Source: Candidatus Zhuqueibacterota bacterium (GTDB lineage Bacteria > Zhuqueibacterota > Zhuqueibacteria > Zhuqueibacterales > Geothermadaptataceae). Taken from it: 64,000 nt of DNA. The stretch spans positions 1,147 through 65,146 of the forward strand of contig WFVT01000099.1 of assembly GCA_015491485.1 (NCBI GenBank). Direction: 5' to 3'. Positions within the stretch are counted from its first letter, which is position 1. Every line of letters starts with the position of its first letter. The translations under genes were made by a program, and so were the position numbers. Positions 35,453-45,341 of this stretch are shown piece by piece. Under the pieces are notes generated by a model. That model made no database searches, was not told where the DNA came from, and was given only the letters and a program-made list of their open reading frames with translations.

Positions 35453-35601
35453 AACAGCTATAGGGTTCAGGCGTATGAGGCTGAGGGCACCGGCACAAAT
35501 CGTATCCCTCACCCATGCTTTCCCCAACCTCATGGCTACTTCAGTCGTTCCGTAGCCGGGCATTCCTCAAAGAGGTCCTGCCCACATCACGCCTGATGGG
35601 T

Positions 35602-36018
35602 TTACGATGTGACAATGGCTCCGTCGATATTGGTAAAAACCCGGTATGCAACGGCATCCCGCTGCATGGCGGTAACCACCGTTTTACTGGGCACATTCAC
35701 AATGAATGCCGCATCTCGGGTCAGTACCAGTGAATCGCGAATGCCCTTTTGTTGTGCCAACTGCAGGGCCTGATTCAACTGCTGAAGCTGATCCGCATCC
35801 ACATTGACCTGACGCTGCTGCAGCCGCTGCTGGACATGTCTGGAAAAGTGGAGCTGCGACTGCCGCTCAACCGCACGGTTCAGCAATTCAGCAAAATCGG
35901 TTTTTTGCGCCGGTTCCGTCTGTCCGGCTTTGCCGGTATCCCGTTGAATACGTCTTATGGAATCAATCGACGTAGTCGCGGTCTGAATTCGCTGAATGTG
36001 TTCCAGTTCCATGATCAT
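35602..36018 (-). CDS. Flagellar operon protein (family found between flgD and flgE in Firmicute-type operons)
   Basis: 138 aa. HFSRHVQQRLQQRQVNV ... KGIRDSLVL ... VNVPSKTVVTAM ... VFTNIDGAIV matches my recollection of the TIGR02530-type family. Confidence 0.7.
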   Translation of the reverse strand: MIMELEHIQRIQTATTSIDSIRRIQRDTGKAGQTEPAQKTDFAELLNRAVERQSQLHFSRHVQQRLQQRQVNVDADQLQQLNQALQLAQQKGIRDSLVLTRDAAFIVNVPSKTVVTAMQRDAVAYRVFTNIDGAIVTS

Positions 36019-36698
36019 CCTCTCCGGTTTTGGAGAATTTGCTGTACGTCGCCCAGACTGAGCTCAAGATTGCCAATCAGCAAATAGGCGACGCCTTCGT
36101 CATAACGCACGCCCGTGATGGTGCCGCGGATAAAGGTATCCGCCGAGGTCGTGGTTTCGCCGTTGTTGACTTTGACCTCAAACGTGTACTGACCGGGAGG
36201 CAGGGATTTTCCATACTGATCTTTGCCATCCCATTGCACATAGTGTTCGCCGGCGCTCACTCCCTCCATTTTAATCGTGCGGACTTGCTTCCCGGTGGCA
36301 TCATAAATCTCGACCGTGACCTCCTTGGCCGGTGAATTTAACCGGAAGCCCAGGTCCACATTGGTGTGATCACTCAACGAAATCAAACTGGTGTTGGCAA
36401 TCACATCTTTGCCGATGAGGGTGGTCACCAGCGAATTGTTCATGGCTTTGTTCAGCAGAATGTCCGCATTGATGGAATCTTCCAGATTCCGGTTGATGCT
36501 CTGCATCTGTTCCAGGGCGCTGAATTGCGCCAGTTGTGCCACAAAGGCTTCGTTTTGCATGGGCGACAACGGATCCTGATAATTCAACTGGGTAATCAGC
36601 AACCGCAGAAACGCATCTTTGCCCAGTTCCTTTTGAATGCGTTCCGTTGCGGCGGCATTGGGATCGGTAGTTGTCGCTGCATTGACTGCGTCCAGCAT
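36015..36698 (-). CDS. flgD: Hook capping/scaffold protein FlgD
   Basis: LGKDAFLRLLITQLNYQDPLSPMQNEAFVAQLAQFSALEQM is canonical FlgD, with a FlgD Ig-like C-terminus. Confidence 0.93.
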   Translation of the reverse strand: MLDAVNAATTTDPNAAATERIQKELGKDAFLRLLITQLNYQDPLSPMQNEAFVAQLAQFSALEQMQSINRNLEDSINADILLNKAMNNSLVTTLIGKDVIANTSLISLSDHTNVDLGFRLNSPAKEVTVEIYDATGKQVRTIKMEGVSAGEHYVQWDGKDQYGKSLPPGQYTFEVKVNNGETTTSADTFIRGTITGVRYDEGVAYLLIGNLELSLGDVQQILQNRRG

Positions 36699-36740
36699 AA
36701 GAAGTCCTCCATCTTTAGTGAAGTTGTCGTCGTTTGGAGG

Positions 36741-38936
36741 TTAAAGAAGTTGCTCAAAATCGGGTTTGGGACGTTCATCGTTTTGCTGTCTTGCATCCCG
36801 CTGCGGCTGTTGCCGCTCACGGCGCTCCTGCTCCGGGAATTGATCCATCGAGCGCCCCGCCGATTCACCTTTTGCCGACTGGGCTGCATTTTGATGGATG
36901 CGAATGTCTAAAGATTCCGCCCGGATGCCTTTATCCGCGAGAGTCTCTTTCAAATGGTCAATATTGCTTTCCAGCACCTGTTTGACCACATGGCTTTCCA
37001 CCAGCATTCGGGCGCTCATTTTGCCATCCTGCAGTTCAATATTCACAATCACCTGCCCCAGGCTCTCGGGTTTGAGCCTCAGCTTGATTGATGACGTTTC
37101 CGGTTGAATCCGGGCGCGGAGCTGCTGTTGAATCTGCTCAAATAAAATCTTTTGTTGTTGCTGTTTCCAGATACGGCCGGCTTGATGCACTCCATTTCGC
37201 GGCTCCACACCGCTCCGCTCCAACACCGTTTCCACCGGCGGCGTACCGGTCCATGCTCCGCGGGAAGACGGTTTGCCGTCCGGCCGCGGCTCCGGTGCCG
37301 TCTCGGAGTCCGGGTGTCGTGATGTGTTGCTCACTTCCGCGCGGACAGGCTGCTCCGCTGCATTCCCTGCGCCCGCGTTTCCACCAGCCCGCAGATTCAG
37401 ATCACCGCTTACCGGCGGCTGTGAATTCCCTTCCGCCTCCCCCGCCATTGATGCTGTGGCGGCGGTCTCCGGCCGGATGCTCATGGCATGTTTTACCCCC
37501 GGTAACGGCTGCCGGACCGGCGATTCGGTACCGGCATGGCTTTTGAAATACATCTGTTTGGCCAGCTCCCGGCGCATGCCTTCAAGGGCTCGCAATTCCG
37601 GTGCGTCATGGTTAGTTGCCTGTCCGGGATTGGAAACGACCATTTCAGCGGAACGATTTGCATGAGCCGCCGCTTTCGTGAGTCCGGTCACTTCGCTGCC
37701 GGCATGCAACGGCTTTTCAACGCCTCCCGAAACAGCGGCGGAGCGCAGTCCATCGCCATCGCCCAAATTCGGAGAGATTTCCACGGCAACGCGCTGCTGC
37801 TCGTTCAAAACCTGTCTCAGACTTTTCTGCCATTCCGCCAGGAGATCACGCAATGGCAAAGCGTCCTGGAACGGCAGCATCTCTGTATTCGCCGAGGTCG
37901 GATTGACAGAGGTGGTTATGTTCAATGACACCACATTCAAGTCTTGCATTTTGGTGATCCATCCTTTTTCCCACTCGGTGGCCTTTGTTCCCTGTGGCGG
38001 CTGCCAATAGACGACCGGCATGGTTTCCATGTTCGCCGGGGCATTCCCGGCAACGTTTACCTGCCATAGAGGTTTGTTATCCGCCAGAAGGGCACGATCG
38101 ATATCCCCGTCTTGCCAGCGTAATGCGCCGTACACCTCATACCATCCGCCTCCGGTTTCCGATTGCATCGCCAGCAAGATTGGGGTCAACGTACCATTAC
38201 CGGATGGGGCCGTGCCGGCGGCGGATTGCTGCTCCTGATTGATTTTGCCTATCAGCGCCTCAAACCGGGAGGCGAATGTCGTTTCGTTGCGTGCGGCAAA
38301 GACGATATTTTTGAGTTCGCGATTTGAAAGAATCAAACGCTCCACCGCGTCTTCACGGCCTGTCGTCGGCTCCGGAGTCATGTCGCGGAGGACATCAGAA
38401 ACGACCCTCAAAAGCGTAAATTGCGCGGAAATGGAACTGTCCGTCGCATCGACCTCTTCCGATCCGGCGTTATTTTCTTCCGGCTCAGCCGCTACCATTG
38501 CAGCCATCCTGTTTTCCGGCTCAACTTCTACCGTTTCTTCAGCTTCCGACATCTGCGGCATGGGACGTACCGGGACGGGGCTCGCTTCGCCAAAATCGAA
38601 TTCCAATTGTTGTGGCGCCGCCTGAGCTAAATCGGCCGACAGGTTGGTGAATTCGGTTTCTGTTTTCTGGCTGGCCTGCCCCATTTCCGGCTGGATCAGG
38701 GCTGTCCGCGGATCCTGTTGAGAACTCGCCGTTTCGCCGGTGGATGCGATTGATGCCGCATTCGTTTTCCGGCTTTGTGAAAGGCGCTGGTTCAGCATCT
38801 GCCGGAACGGCTCATTGCCCGCTTCTTCCGATTTTCGGGGCGCAGCATTCCACAGATTTTGGCCCGAATCCGCACGCGCAAATGCATCTGATTTGGCCAG
38901 CGTCGGCTGATCCAGTAGCATAAATCCCATAGCCAT
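36741..38936 (-). CDS. fliK: Hook-length control protein FliK (long, Pro/Ala/Glu-rich)
   Basis: C-terminal Flg_hook pattern (IKLRLKPESLGQVIVNIELQDGKMSARMLVESHVVKQVLESNIDHLKETLADKGI). ATG 38936 with SD GGAGGT lies directly after the upstream stop. Confidence 0.85.
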   Translation of the reverse strand: MAMGFMLLDQPTLAKSDAFARADSGQNLWNAAPRKSEEAGNEPFRQMLNQRLSQSRKTNAASIASTGETASSQQDPRTALIQPEMGQASQKTETEFTNLSADLAQAAPQQLEFDFGEASPVPVRPMPQMSEAEETVEVEPENRMAAMVAAEPEENNAGSEEVDATDSSISAQFTLLRVVSDVLRDMTPEPTTGREDAVERLILSNRELKNIVFAARNETTFASRFEALIGKINQEQQSAAGTAPSGNGTLTPILLAMQSETGGGWYEVYGALRWQDGDIDRALLADNKPLWQVNVAGNAPANMETMPVVYWQPPQGTKATEWEKGWITKMQDLNVVSLNITTSVNPTSANTEMLPFQDALPLRDLLAEWQKSLRQVLNEQQRVAVEISPNLGDGDGLRSAAVSGGVEKPLHAGSEVTGLTKAAAHANRSAEMVVSNPGQATNHDAPELRALEGMRRELAKQMYFKSHAGTESPVRQPLPGVKHAMSIRPETAATASMAGEAEGNSQPPVSGDLNLRAGGNAGAGNAAEQPVRAEVSNTSRHPDSETAPEPRPDGKPSSRGAWTGTPPVETVLERSGVEPRNGVHQAGRIWKQQQQKILFEQIQQQLRARIQPETSSIKLRLKPESLGQVIVNIELQDGKMSARMLVESHVVKQVLESNIDHLKETLADKGIRAESLDIRIHQNAAQSAKGESAGRSMDQFPEQERRERQQPQRDARQQNDERPKPDFEQLL

Positions 38937-38937
38937 A

Positions 38938-39567
38938 TTAACCTCCATTGGTTTTGATGTTTCTGATTCGGGCCATTTCTTTGGCAACAATGGCCGCGCG
39001 CCGCGGCTCCATGGCATTCAAAACAGTTTGCGCCTTCCGCGCGGAGAGATTCAAAACAATGGATACCAGAAGCTTGACATCCATGTTTTCCGTCACTTTT
39101 TTCAAATTTTCTTCCGATAACCCGGCGATAATATTGGCCAGCAGCTTCAAGCGTTCATCGCCTACACCGGCGAGCTGAGATTGCAGCCGTTCAATTTCCT
39201 GTTCCAGTCGCTTGACCACCCGATCCCGTGAATCGATCTCTTGCTTCAGGCTGTCCGCCATCGCTTGCAGCCGTTCGAGTTCTTTTTGTTGCCGTTGAAT
39301 ATCCTGCTGCAAAATGCTTTCGACGGCTCGCAACGAATCCGCCCGCGCCAGGTCTTCCACCGTTTTTTCCTCGGAAGGATCGACAAATGGATTTTGAAAA
39401 CCAACCAGGGCAATCCACATCAGCGCAAACGTCAAAACGAATGACAGCATGGAGAACAGGATCACGGCGATCGCCGCTTTCACATTGCCTTGCTGGTTGT
39501 GATAGATCCATGTCAGACCCTGGACGCTATTGTTCTGCTTTGCCGGTTTCTGTGTTTTCACGGTCAT
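38938..39567 (-). CDS. YlxF/MotE-like protein (TM + coiled coil + MgtE-N-like C-terminus)
   Basis: TM (AAIAVILFSMLSFVLTFALMWIAL), coiled coil, then LLANIIAGLSEENLKKVTENMDVKLLVSIVLNLSARKAQTVLNAMEPRRAAIVAKEM. Same position as ylxF in the B. subtilis fla operon. Start is uncertain (39567 or upstream). Confidence 0.65.
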   Translation of the reverse strand: MTVKTQKPAKQNNSVQGLTWIYHNQQGNVKAAIAVILFSMLSFVLTFALMWIALVGFQNPFVDPSEEKTVEDLARADSLRAVESILQQDIQRQQKELERLQAMADSLKQEIDSRDRVVKRLEQEIERLQSQLAGVGDERLKLLANIIAGLSEENLKKVTENMDVKLLVSIVLNLSARKAQTVLNAMEPRRAAIVAKEMARIRNIKTNGG

Positions 39568-40000
39568 TGTAGTGGTAGCGCAGGGTTGCCAGCTCATCCA
39601 ATTGTTTTTGTTCGCGTTTTTGTTCCGCCTTGCGAAATTCCGCACGCTTCTTTTCCCGGATCTTTTCCAGAATCTTCTGTTCCCGGGCGTATTGCAGTAA
39701 TTTTTCGCGCTTTTGCGCCAGATGTCGGGAAACTTCCATCAACTTGTGGCGCTCATCTTCAATTTTTTGATTTAAATAATCCAGATAGGAAGACCGCAGC
39801 CGGTATTCGGCGGCTACCAGACTGCGGGAATCCCGCGCCAGGGCATCGCTCTCTTTTCGCCATTCCCGGCTGAGCTGTTCTAATCGGCGCTGAATTTGGG
39901 CTTCCTGTTGCTCCAGGCCGGTGACTTCCACTGCGAGCTGCTTTTTCATGCCTTCCTTTAAGTCGAGCACCTGCTCCAGAGTGAACTTGAAAGGTCTCAT
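39527..40000 (-). CDS. fliJ: Flagellar export chaperone/stalk protein FliJ
   Basis: 157 aa coiled coil. MRPFKFTLEQVLDLKE ... is a typical FliJ N-terminus. Position after fliI. Confidence 0.85.
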   Translation of the reverse strand: MRPFKFTLEQVLDLKEGMKKQLAVEVTGLEQQEAQIQRRLEQLSREWRKESDALARDSRSLVAAEYRLRSSYLDYLNQKIEDERHKLMEVSRHLAQKREKLLQYAREQKILEKIREKKRAEFRKAEQKREQKQLDELATLRYHYNDRENTETGKAEQ

Positions 40001-40016
40001 GCCGGACTCCAGATTC

Positions 40017-41336
40017 CTAATTCATTCCTTGTACCAGTGATTTCAATTGCGTCAGGGTTTGTTCGAAGGATGAAAATTCATCCATCGGCTGGCGCAAAAA
40101 ACCGTGAATCCGATCGATATGCTCGATCGCCAAATCAATCCTGGGATGACTGCCCTTTTGGTATGCGCCGATGTTGATCAAATCCTCATTCTCCCGGTAA
40201 ACCGCCAGCAGTTCGCGCACCATCCGGGCCTGCTCCAAATGTTCCCTGGAAACCACCATGGGCATCACCCGGCTGGTGCTTTGCAGCACGTCGATCGCCG
40301 GAAAATGCGCTTTTGCCGCCAGCTCCCGGGAAAGTACGATATGGCCGTCGAGCGTGCCGCGGGCGGTATCGGCAACCGGTTCATCGAAGTCATCGCCTTC
40401 CACCAGAATGGTGTAAATTCCGGTAATGCTGCCATGCTCGCTATTGCCCGCCCGTTCCAGTAACCGCGGAATCAATGAAAACATCGACGGCGTGTAGCCG
40501 CGGGTCGTCGGAGGTTCGCCGACGGCGAGACCGATCTCCCGCTGCGCCATGGCCACCCGCGTCAGAGAATCCATCATCAGAATAACCTGCTGTCCCTGAT
40601 CGCGAAAATATTCCGCTACGGTCGTAGCCAGAAACGCGGCTTTTCGCCGGATGATGGGCATTTCATCCGAAGTGGACACAATCACCACGCTTTTTCGCAA
40701 CCCTTCTTCGCCCAGGTCTCGTTGCAGAAATTCCGCAACTTCACGCCCCCGTTCGCCGATCAGCGCGATGACGTTGACATCCGCTTTGGCGCGGCGGGCA
40801 ATCATGCCGAACAGCACGCTTTTTCCCACCCCGCTTCCGGCCATAATGCCGATCCGCTGCCCGATTCCGATGGTCAGCAGACCGTCGATTGCGCGGACGC
40901 CGGTTTCCAGCGCATTGACAATGGGCATGCGTTTCAAAGGATGCGGCGGCATCTGCACCATTGTTTTCCGGTACTCGCGGGCTCGGATCGGGCCTTTGCC
41001 GTCAATGGGTTCCCCGAGCGCGTTGATCACCCGCCCAATCAGGCCGTCGCCCAGTGGGATCGTCCCGGCAAATGGATGATGGATCACTTTGGAACCGGGA
41101 CGCAGCTTTTCAATTTCATGCAACGGCATGAGAATCAGAGAACCGTGCCGGAAACCGATCACTTCGGCTAAATAGCGGTGCTTGCCATCCGGCGATTGGA
41201 TTTTGCACAGATCGCCGAGTCCGAGGTCCGGTCCGCGGGACTCAATCATGCTGCCGGCAATTCGTGTCACGGTGCCCATAAAAACCAGCGGCTCAATCTG
41301 CTCCAACCGGCGAAAAATGTTGGGAAAATATTTCAT
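40017..41336 (-). CDS. fliI: Flagellum-specific ATPase FliI
   Basis: Walker A (GSGVGKSVL) and F1/T3SS ATPase body. ATG 41336 (MKYFPNIFRRLEQIEP) is preferred. The track extension overlaps fliH. Confidence 0.95.
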   Translation of the reverse strand: MKYFPNIFRRLEQIEPLVFMGTVTRIAGSMIESRGPDLGLGDLCKIQSPDGKHRYLAEVIGFRHGSLILMPLHEIEKLRPGSKVIHHPFAGTIPLGDGLIGRVINALGEPIDGKGPIRAREYRKTMVQMPPHPLKRMPIVNALETGVRAIDGLLTIGIGQRIGIMAGSGVGKSVLFGMIARRAKADVNVIALIGERGREVAEFLQRDLGEEGLRKSVVIVSTSDEMPIIRRKAAFLATTVAEYFRDQGQQVILMMDSLTRVAMAQREIGLAVGEPPTTRGYTPSMFSLIPRLLERAGNSEHGSITGIYTILVEGDDFDEPVADTARGTLDGHIVLSRELAAKAHFPAIDVLQSTSRVMPMVVSREHLEQARMVRELLAVYRENEDLINIGAYQKGSHPRIDLAIEHIDRIHGFLRQPMDEFSSFEQTLTQLKSLVQGMN

Positions 41337-41388
41337 GCGTTCCCGGCTCACTTTTAAAACGCTTTTTTCAGGTGCTTCAGGCGAAACC

Positions 41389-42063
41389 CTATGTATCGAT
41401 TTCGCTGAACAATTGTTTTTCCAGAGCTTCGAGCTGAGTTGCAATCGTGGCATCGATTTCGCCCCGGTCGGATTCTACGAAACAGCCACCGGGTTCAATC
41501 CGATCATCATCGATGATTTTGACCGCGGTATCATGCCGTTCCAGCCAGCTTTGAAAGTCCGGATCATTCCGCAGTATGGCTGCATCCTCCGGATGACACC
41601 GTATGATGATTTGCTCCGCCGTTGTCAGTCGCTGCAAAACCTCCCTGACCGTCTGCAAAATGATCTCCGACGACGTTTCAAGCTCCTTACGGATAATTTT
41701 GCGCGCCACCTCTTTGGCCAGCCGAACCGCCGCCTCTTCGATGCGTTCCAGCATGAGCTGTTTTTGATTTTCCAGCTCTTGCACCGCCTGCTGCACCATG
41801 GTGCGTAGCGGCTCGACTTTCTCTTCCGCCAGCGCCTCGGCCAACTTTTGCGCCTCTTCCTGAATGCGCTCCTGCAGCGCTGCTTCATCCAACACCTGTT
41901 CCGATGCCGACTCCTCAGCCGACTGAGGAGCTGTGTCGGCGTGTTCGTTTTGCTCCTGTTCGGGAGAAACGGGTTCCGGATCGGCGATCTTCTGCTTTTG
42001 CCGGCTCACGGGCTTGTCGGAAATGGCGACCACGCGCCGCGGCAATTTAAAAGATAAATTCAT
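41389..42063 (-). CDS. fliH: Flagellar assembly protein FliH
   Basis: Glu-rich coiled coil then the FliH C-terminal domain (IIRCHPEDAAILRNDP ... GGCFVESDRGEIDATI). Confidence 0.85.
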   Translation of the reverse strand: MNLSFKLPRRVVAISDKPVSRQKQKIADPEPVSPEQEQNEHADTAPQSAEESASEQVLDEAALQERIQEEAQKLAEALAEEKVEPLRTMVQQAVQELENQKQLMLERIEEAAVRLAKEVARKIIRKELETSSEIILQTVREVLQRLTTAEQIIIRCHPEDAAILRNDPDFQSWLERHDTAVKIIDDDRIEPGGCFVESDRGEIDATIATQLEALEKQLFSEIDT

Positions 42064-43063
42064 CGCCGCCCTCGCCGGTCATAATCACGATTTCACCTTC
42101 TTCTTCGAGCCTGCGGATGATTTCAACAATCTGCCGCTGAGCGTCATCCACTTCCTTCACCCGGAGCGGTCCCATAAATTCCATTTCTTCTTTGATCATG
42201 GTTGCGGCACGCTCCGACATATTCGAGAAAATTTTGTTCTGGATGTCCTCGGTGCTGCCTTTAAGAGCAATGGTCAACACCTTCGTATCCACCTCTTTCA
42301 GCAAGCGTTGAATGCTGCGGTCGTCCAGATTCTGAATATCTTCAAAGGTAAACATCAAGCCGCGAATTTCCTGCGCCAGCTCCTGGTTGCGTTTTTGAAT
42401 TTCTTCCAGCACCGGCTTTTCGAGCGATTTTCCGCCCATGTTCAGAATTTCTGCAACCGCCTTTGTGCCGCCCACTTCATTCAATTCTTTTGTGTACACC
42501 GACTCGATCTGCTGTTTCAGAACCGATTCGATCTCCGCCAGTAAATCTGACGGAATTTTTTCCATTTTGGCGATGCGGTACACCACATCCTGCTGGAGTT
42601 CGGGCGATAAACTCATCAAAATGTTGGCGGCCTGCTTGGGCTCCAAATAGGCCAAAATCAGAGCAATGGTTTGAGGATGCTCGTTGTTGATCAAATTCAA
42701 AATCTGATTGTAATCGGCTTTCTTCAACAAATTGAATCCCCGCAACGCCTGATCATGGGCAAGCTGCACCTTTTTGACGATTTCAAAGGCCTTTTTCATG
42801 CCGACTGCATTTTGCAGCACTTTGGACGCATATTCGATACCGCCGATCGAGATAAACTCCTGCGCCTTCAGTAGTTGAACAAATTCATCCACCACCCGGT
42901 CAATGACCTCGGAAGACACCTCCCGCAGATTGGCGATCTCTTTGGTGACTTCCACCAGGTCGGTTTCCGGCAGCATTTTCAGCACGGCGGACGCCACATC
43001 AATGCCCAGGGCAATCATCAAAATCGCCGCTTTTTGCTGGCCTGTCAGGTTCTCGTATTCCAT
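42047..43063 (-). CDS. fliG: Rotor/switch protein FliG
   Basis: LTGQQKAAILMIALG ... canonical FliG including the C-terminal MEFMGPLRVKEVDDAQRQIVEIIRRLEEEGEI. Confidence 0.96.
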   Translation of the reverse strand: MEYENLTGQQKAAILMIALGIDVASAVLKMLPETDLVEVTKEIANLREVSSEVIDRVVDEFVQLLKAQEFISIGGIEYASKVLQNAVGMKKAFEIVKKVQLAHDQALRGFNLLKKADYNQILNLINNEHPQTIALILAYLEPKQAANILMSLSPELQQDVVYRIAKMEKIPSDLLAEIESVLKQQIESVYTKELNEVGGTKAVAEILNMGGKSLEKPVLEEIQKRNQELAQEIRGLMFTFEDIQNLDDRSIQRLLKEVDTKVLTIALKGSTEDIQNKIFSNMSERAATMIKEEMEFMGPLRVKEVDDAQRQIVEIIRRLEEEGEIVIMTGEGGDEFIF

Positions 43064-44580
43064 ATTTCTTCTTCTTCATCCTTGTAAGTCATCCAGCTCT
43101 TGATCAATTTCGCCACTTCATCCGGTTTGTCTTTGGCAATCTCGATGACCATCTGCCGTTTCTGCAAACGCATCTTCGTGTCTTCCGGGAGTTCAAAGCT
43201 TTCCACTTCAGGCTCTTCTTCTTCCGGCGGTTCCGGCAATTCCGGCCGAATGCGTGCAAAAATGCCTCGAAGCAGAACAATCAAAATGCCCAGTGCGAGA
43301 ACCACACTGCCCCAGAAAACCAGTTTATTCAGCAATTCTTTTTGATTGATTTCCTGCAAGTATTTTTCTTGCTCTTCAATCCGGGTCAAATCAAATGGCA
43401 GATTGGTGACTTCGATCTGGTCGTTTCGTTTTTCATCGAATCCGATTGCCCGCCGTACCAGATTGGCGATTTTTTGAATCTCGTCATCGCTGCGGGGAAT
43501 ATATTCGGTGACCTCCTCACCTTCCGGGGTGACCACGGTGCGGTACGTGCCGTTAATCATCACCGCGACTGAAAGCCGCTTAATCGTGCCGACGCCGCCA
43601 ACCACGCGTTCCACCGTTTTGCTGATCTCATAATTGGTCACCACATTCTCAGAACGCGTCGGGTTGTTCGGGTCGGTTCCGGTGGAAATGTCGCTTTCCT
43701 GGCTCCGCACCGTGCTGCTTTCCGGATCATAAATTTCCTTGGTGCGCTCCACCTGATTAAAATCCAGCTCCGCGGTGACACGGACCACGTAATTATTGGG
43801 TCCCACCACACCGGCAAGCAGCGATGCCAGCTTTTCTTCAAAGTACTGCTCCACTTTCCGCTGCAGCTCGATCTGGCTGGATGTCAGCTCTAATACCGGA
43901 TTGCGGCGACTGCGATCGGAAATGATTTTGCCGTGTGAATCGATCACCGTGACGTTCTCCGGCTCCAGCCCCTCGACACTGGCGGCGACGAGATTGGCAA
44001 TGCCTTCGACTTGCTCCGGCCGCAACCGTTTTCCGGGAACCAGGTTTAAAACTACCGAAGCCGTGGCCGGCTTTTCATCTTCGATGAACAATGTGGGCTC
44101 CGGCACCATGATGTGCACCCGAGCCTTGATGATCTCTTCAAAGCTCTGGATCGTCCGGGCAAGCTCGCCTTCAAGAGCGCGCTTGTAGTTCAACTTCTGA
44201 ACAAACTCGGTCAGCCCGATGTTGTTTTTATCAAATATCTCATACCCGATTATGCCGGATTGCGGTAATCCCTCGGAGGCGAACAGCAAACGTTTTTCAT
44301 AAATCAATTTTTTCGGGATGGAAATTGTGGAGCCTTCATCGGTGATTTTGTAGGGGATATTTTCCTCTTTCAGGCGGTTTACGATCGCCGCTGCATCTTT
44401 CTCGCTAAGATTGCTGAATAGAACACCGTATTCCTGGTCTTTGCCCAGGAACACCAAAGAGAGGATGGCAACCAGCAAAGCCGAAGCGCCGGCCACCACG
44501 GCGATACGCTGCCACTTGACCAGGGTCTCCCAATACTCCCTGCTGCGGGCGACAATTTTGTTCCAATATTCTTTAATCAT
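43045..44580 (-). CDS. fliF: MS-ring protein FliF
   Basis: 511 aa with YscJ/FliF family motifs (YGVLFSNLSEKDAAAIVNRLKEENIPYK ... ELARTIQS). Confidence 0.95.
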   Translation of the reverse strand: MIKEYWNKIVARSREYWETLVKWQRIAVVAGASALLVAILSLVFLGKDQEYGVLFSNLSEKDAAAIVNRLKEENIPYKITDEGSTISIPKKLIYEKRLLFASEGLPQSGIIGYEIFDKNNIGLTEFVQKLNYKRALEGELARTIQSFEEIIKARVHIMVPEPTLFIEDEKPATASVVLNLVPGKRLRPEQVEGIANLVAASVEGLEPENVTVIDSHGKIISDRSRRNPVLELTSSQIELQRKVEQYFEEKLASLLAGVVGPNNYVVRVTAELDFNQVERTKEIYDPESSTVRSQESDISTGTDPNNPTRSENVVTNYEISKTVERVVGGVGTIKRLSVAVMINGTYRTVVTPEGEEVTEYIPRSDDEIQKIANLVRRAIGFDEKRNDQIEVTNLPFDLTRIEEQEKYLQEINQKELLNKLVFWGSVVLALGILIVLLRGIFARIRPELPEPPEEEEPEVESFELPEDTKMRLQKRQMVIEIAKDKPDEVAKLIKSWMTYKDEEEEIWNTRT

Positions 44581-44633
44581 AAATCCGACCTTTTCCGTCT
44601 CCGAATGGCATAGCGTCCATCAATCTTTCCCGA

Positions 44634-44948
44634 TTAGACCTGAGTCCGCAACAGTTCCTGATAGGCTTCCAGAATTTTGTTTCGGATTTCCATCACCATC
44701 TCGAAACTTACGCTGGCTTTTTCCACCGCAATCATCACATCGTGAATATCCACGGTTTCCCCGGAAACCAACGCTTCGACGTGCTCACCGGCTTCTTTTT
44801 GCAGTTGATTCACATCACGCAAAAACGATTTCAGGGTTTCGGCGAAAGATTGTCCCTGCGCTTGCTGATTTTTTCCTTCATCCAGCTTGAAACGCTGCAA
44901 TTGGGGAAAATCGGAAAGCGCACCGATTTTGGGTCCGTTGATATCCAT
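44634..44948 (-). CDS. fliE: Basal-body protein FliE
   Basis: 104 aa. HDVMIAVEKASVSFEMVMEIRNKILEAYQELLRTQV is a typical FliE C-terminus. Confidence 0.9.
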   Translation of the reverse strand: MDINGPKIGALSDFPQLQRFKLDEGKNQQAQGQSFAETLKSFLRDVNQLQKEAGEHVEALVSGETVDIHDVMIAVEKASVSFEMVMEIRNKILEAYQELLRTQV

Positions 44949-44996
44949 GGGTTTGCCCTTTATTGGTTCAAGTCAGTTTGTCCCGATTGGCCCGAC

Positions 44997-45341
44997 TCAA
45001 ACTCTGAGATCGATTTTTCTTCCCAGTAGAACGGTTTTTTCCGGTTCGCACCGACCGTTGTAGCACAGATTGGCATCGTCTGTATCGTACAGCTTGCGGA
45101 TAAAACTCTTTTCGCCATCCGTCAGCACATTTGCCAGCTCTTGCTCTTTCAGAACTTTGAGCTCACCGGCAAAAAGACGTTTCTGCGCCACGCGGTCCCG
45201 CTGCTGAACAGCGGCTTTGAGCCGTTCAGCAAAAGCCGGTTCCGCCGATCGTTCCGCCGGACGAACGGATTTGGATTCGCTCTTTGGGCTGATGCCCGGT
45301 TGATGATGTATGGATTGAATTTTCACAGCCAGCACCCTCAC
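44997..45341 (-). CDS. Hypothetical protein inserted between flgC and fliE
   Basis: 114 aa ORF with only GTG starts (45341/45335/45326), no internal Met, no family recognised. Coding status is uncertain. Confidence 0.4.
   Translation of the reverse strand: MRVLAVKIQSIHHQPGISPKSESKSVRPAERSAEPAFAERLKAAVQQRDRVAQKRLFAGELKVLKEQELANVLTDGEKSFIRKLYDTDDANLCYNGRCEPEKTVLLGRKIDLRV

Noticed and set aside
35394-35516. Track N-terminal extensions produced by upstream alternative start codons. Examples: flgE to 35516, fliI to 41453, coaX to 56567, csp to 60609, fliK to 39017, NtrC-type regulator to 53699.
   Set aside because: In each case an internal ATG coincides with the conserved family N-terminus, and with a good SD and/or an ATGA stop-start overlap. 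The extensions overlap neighbouring genes or promoters.
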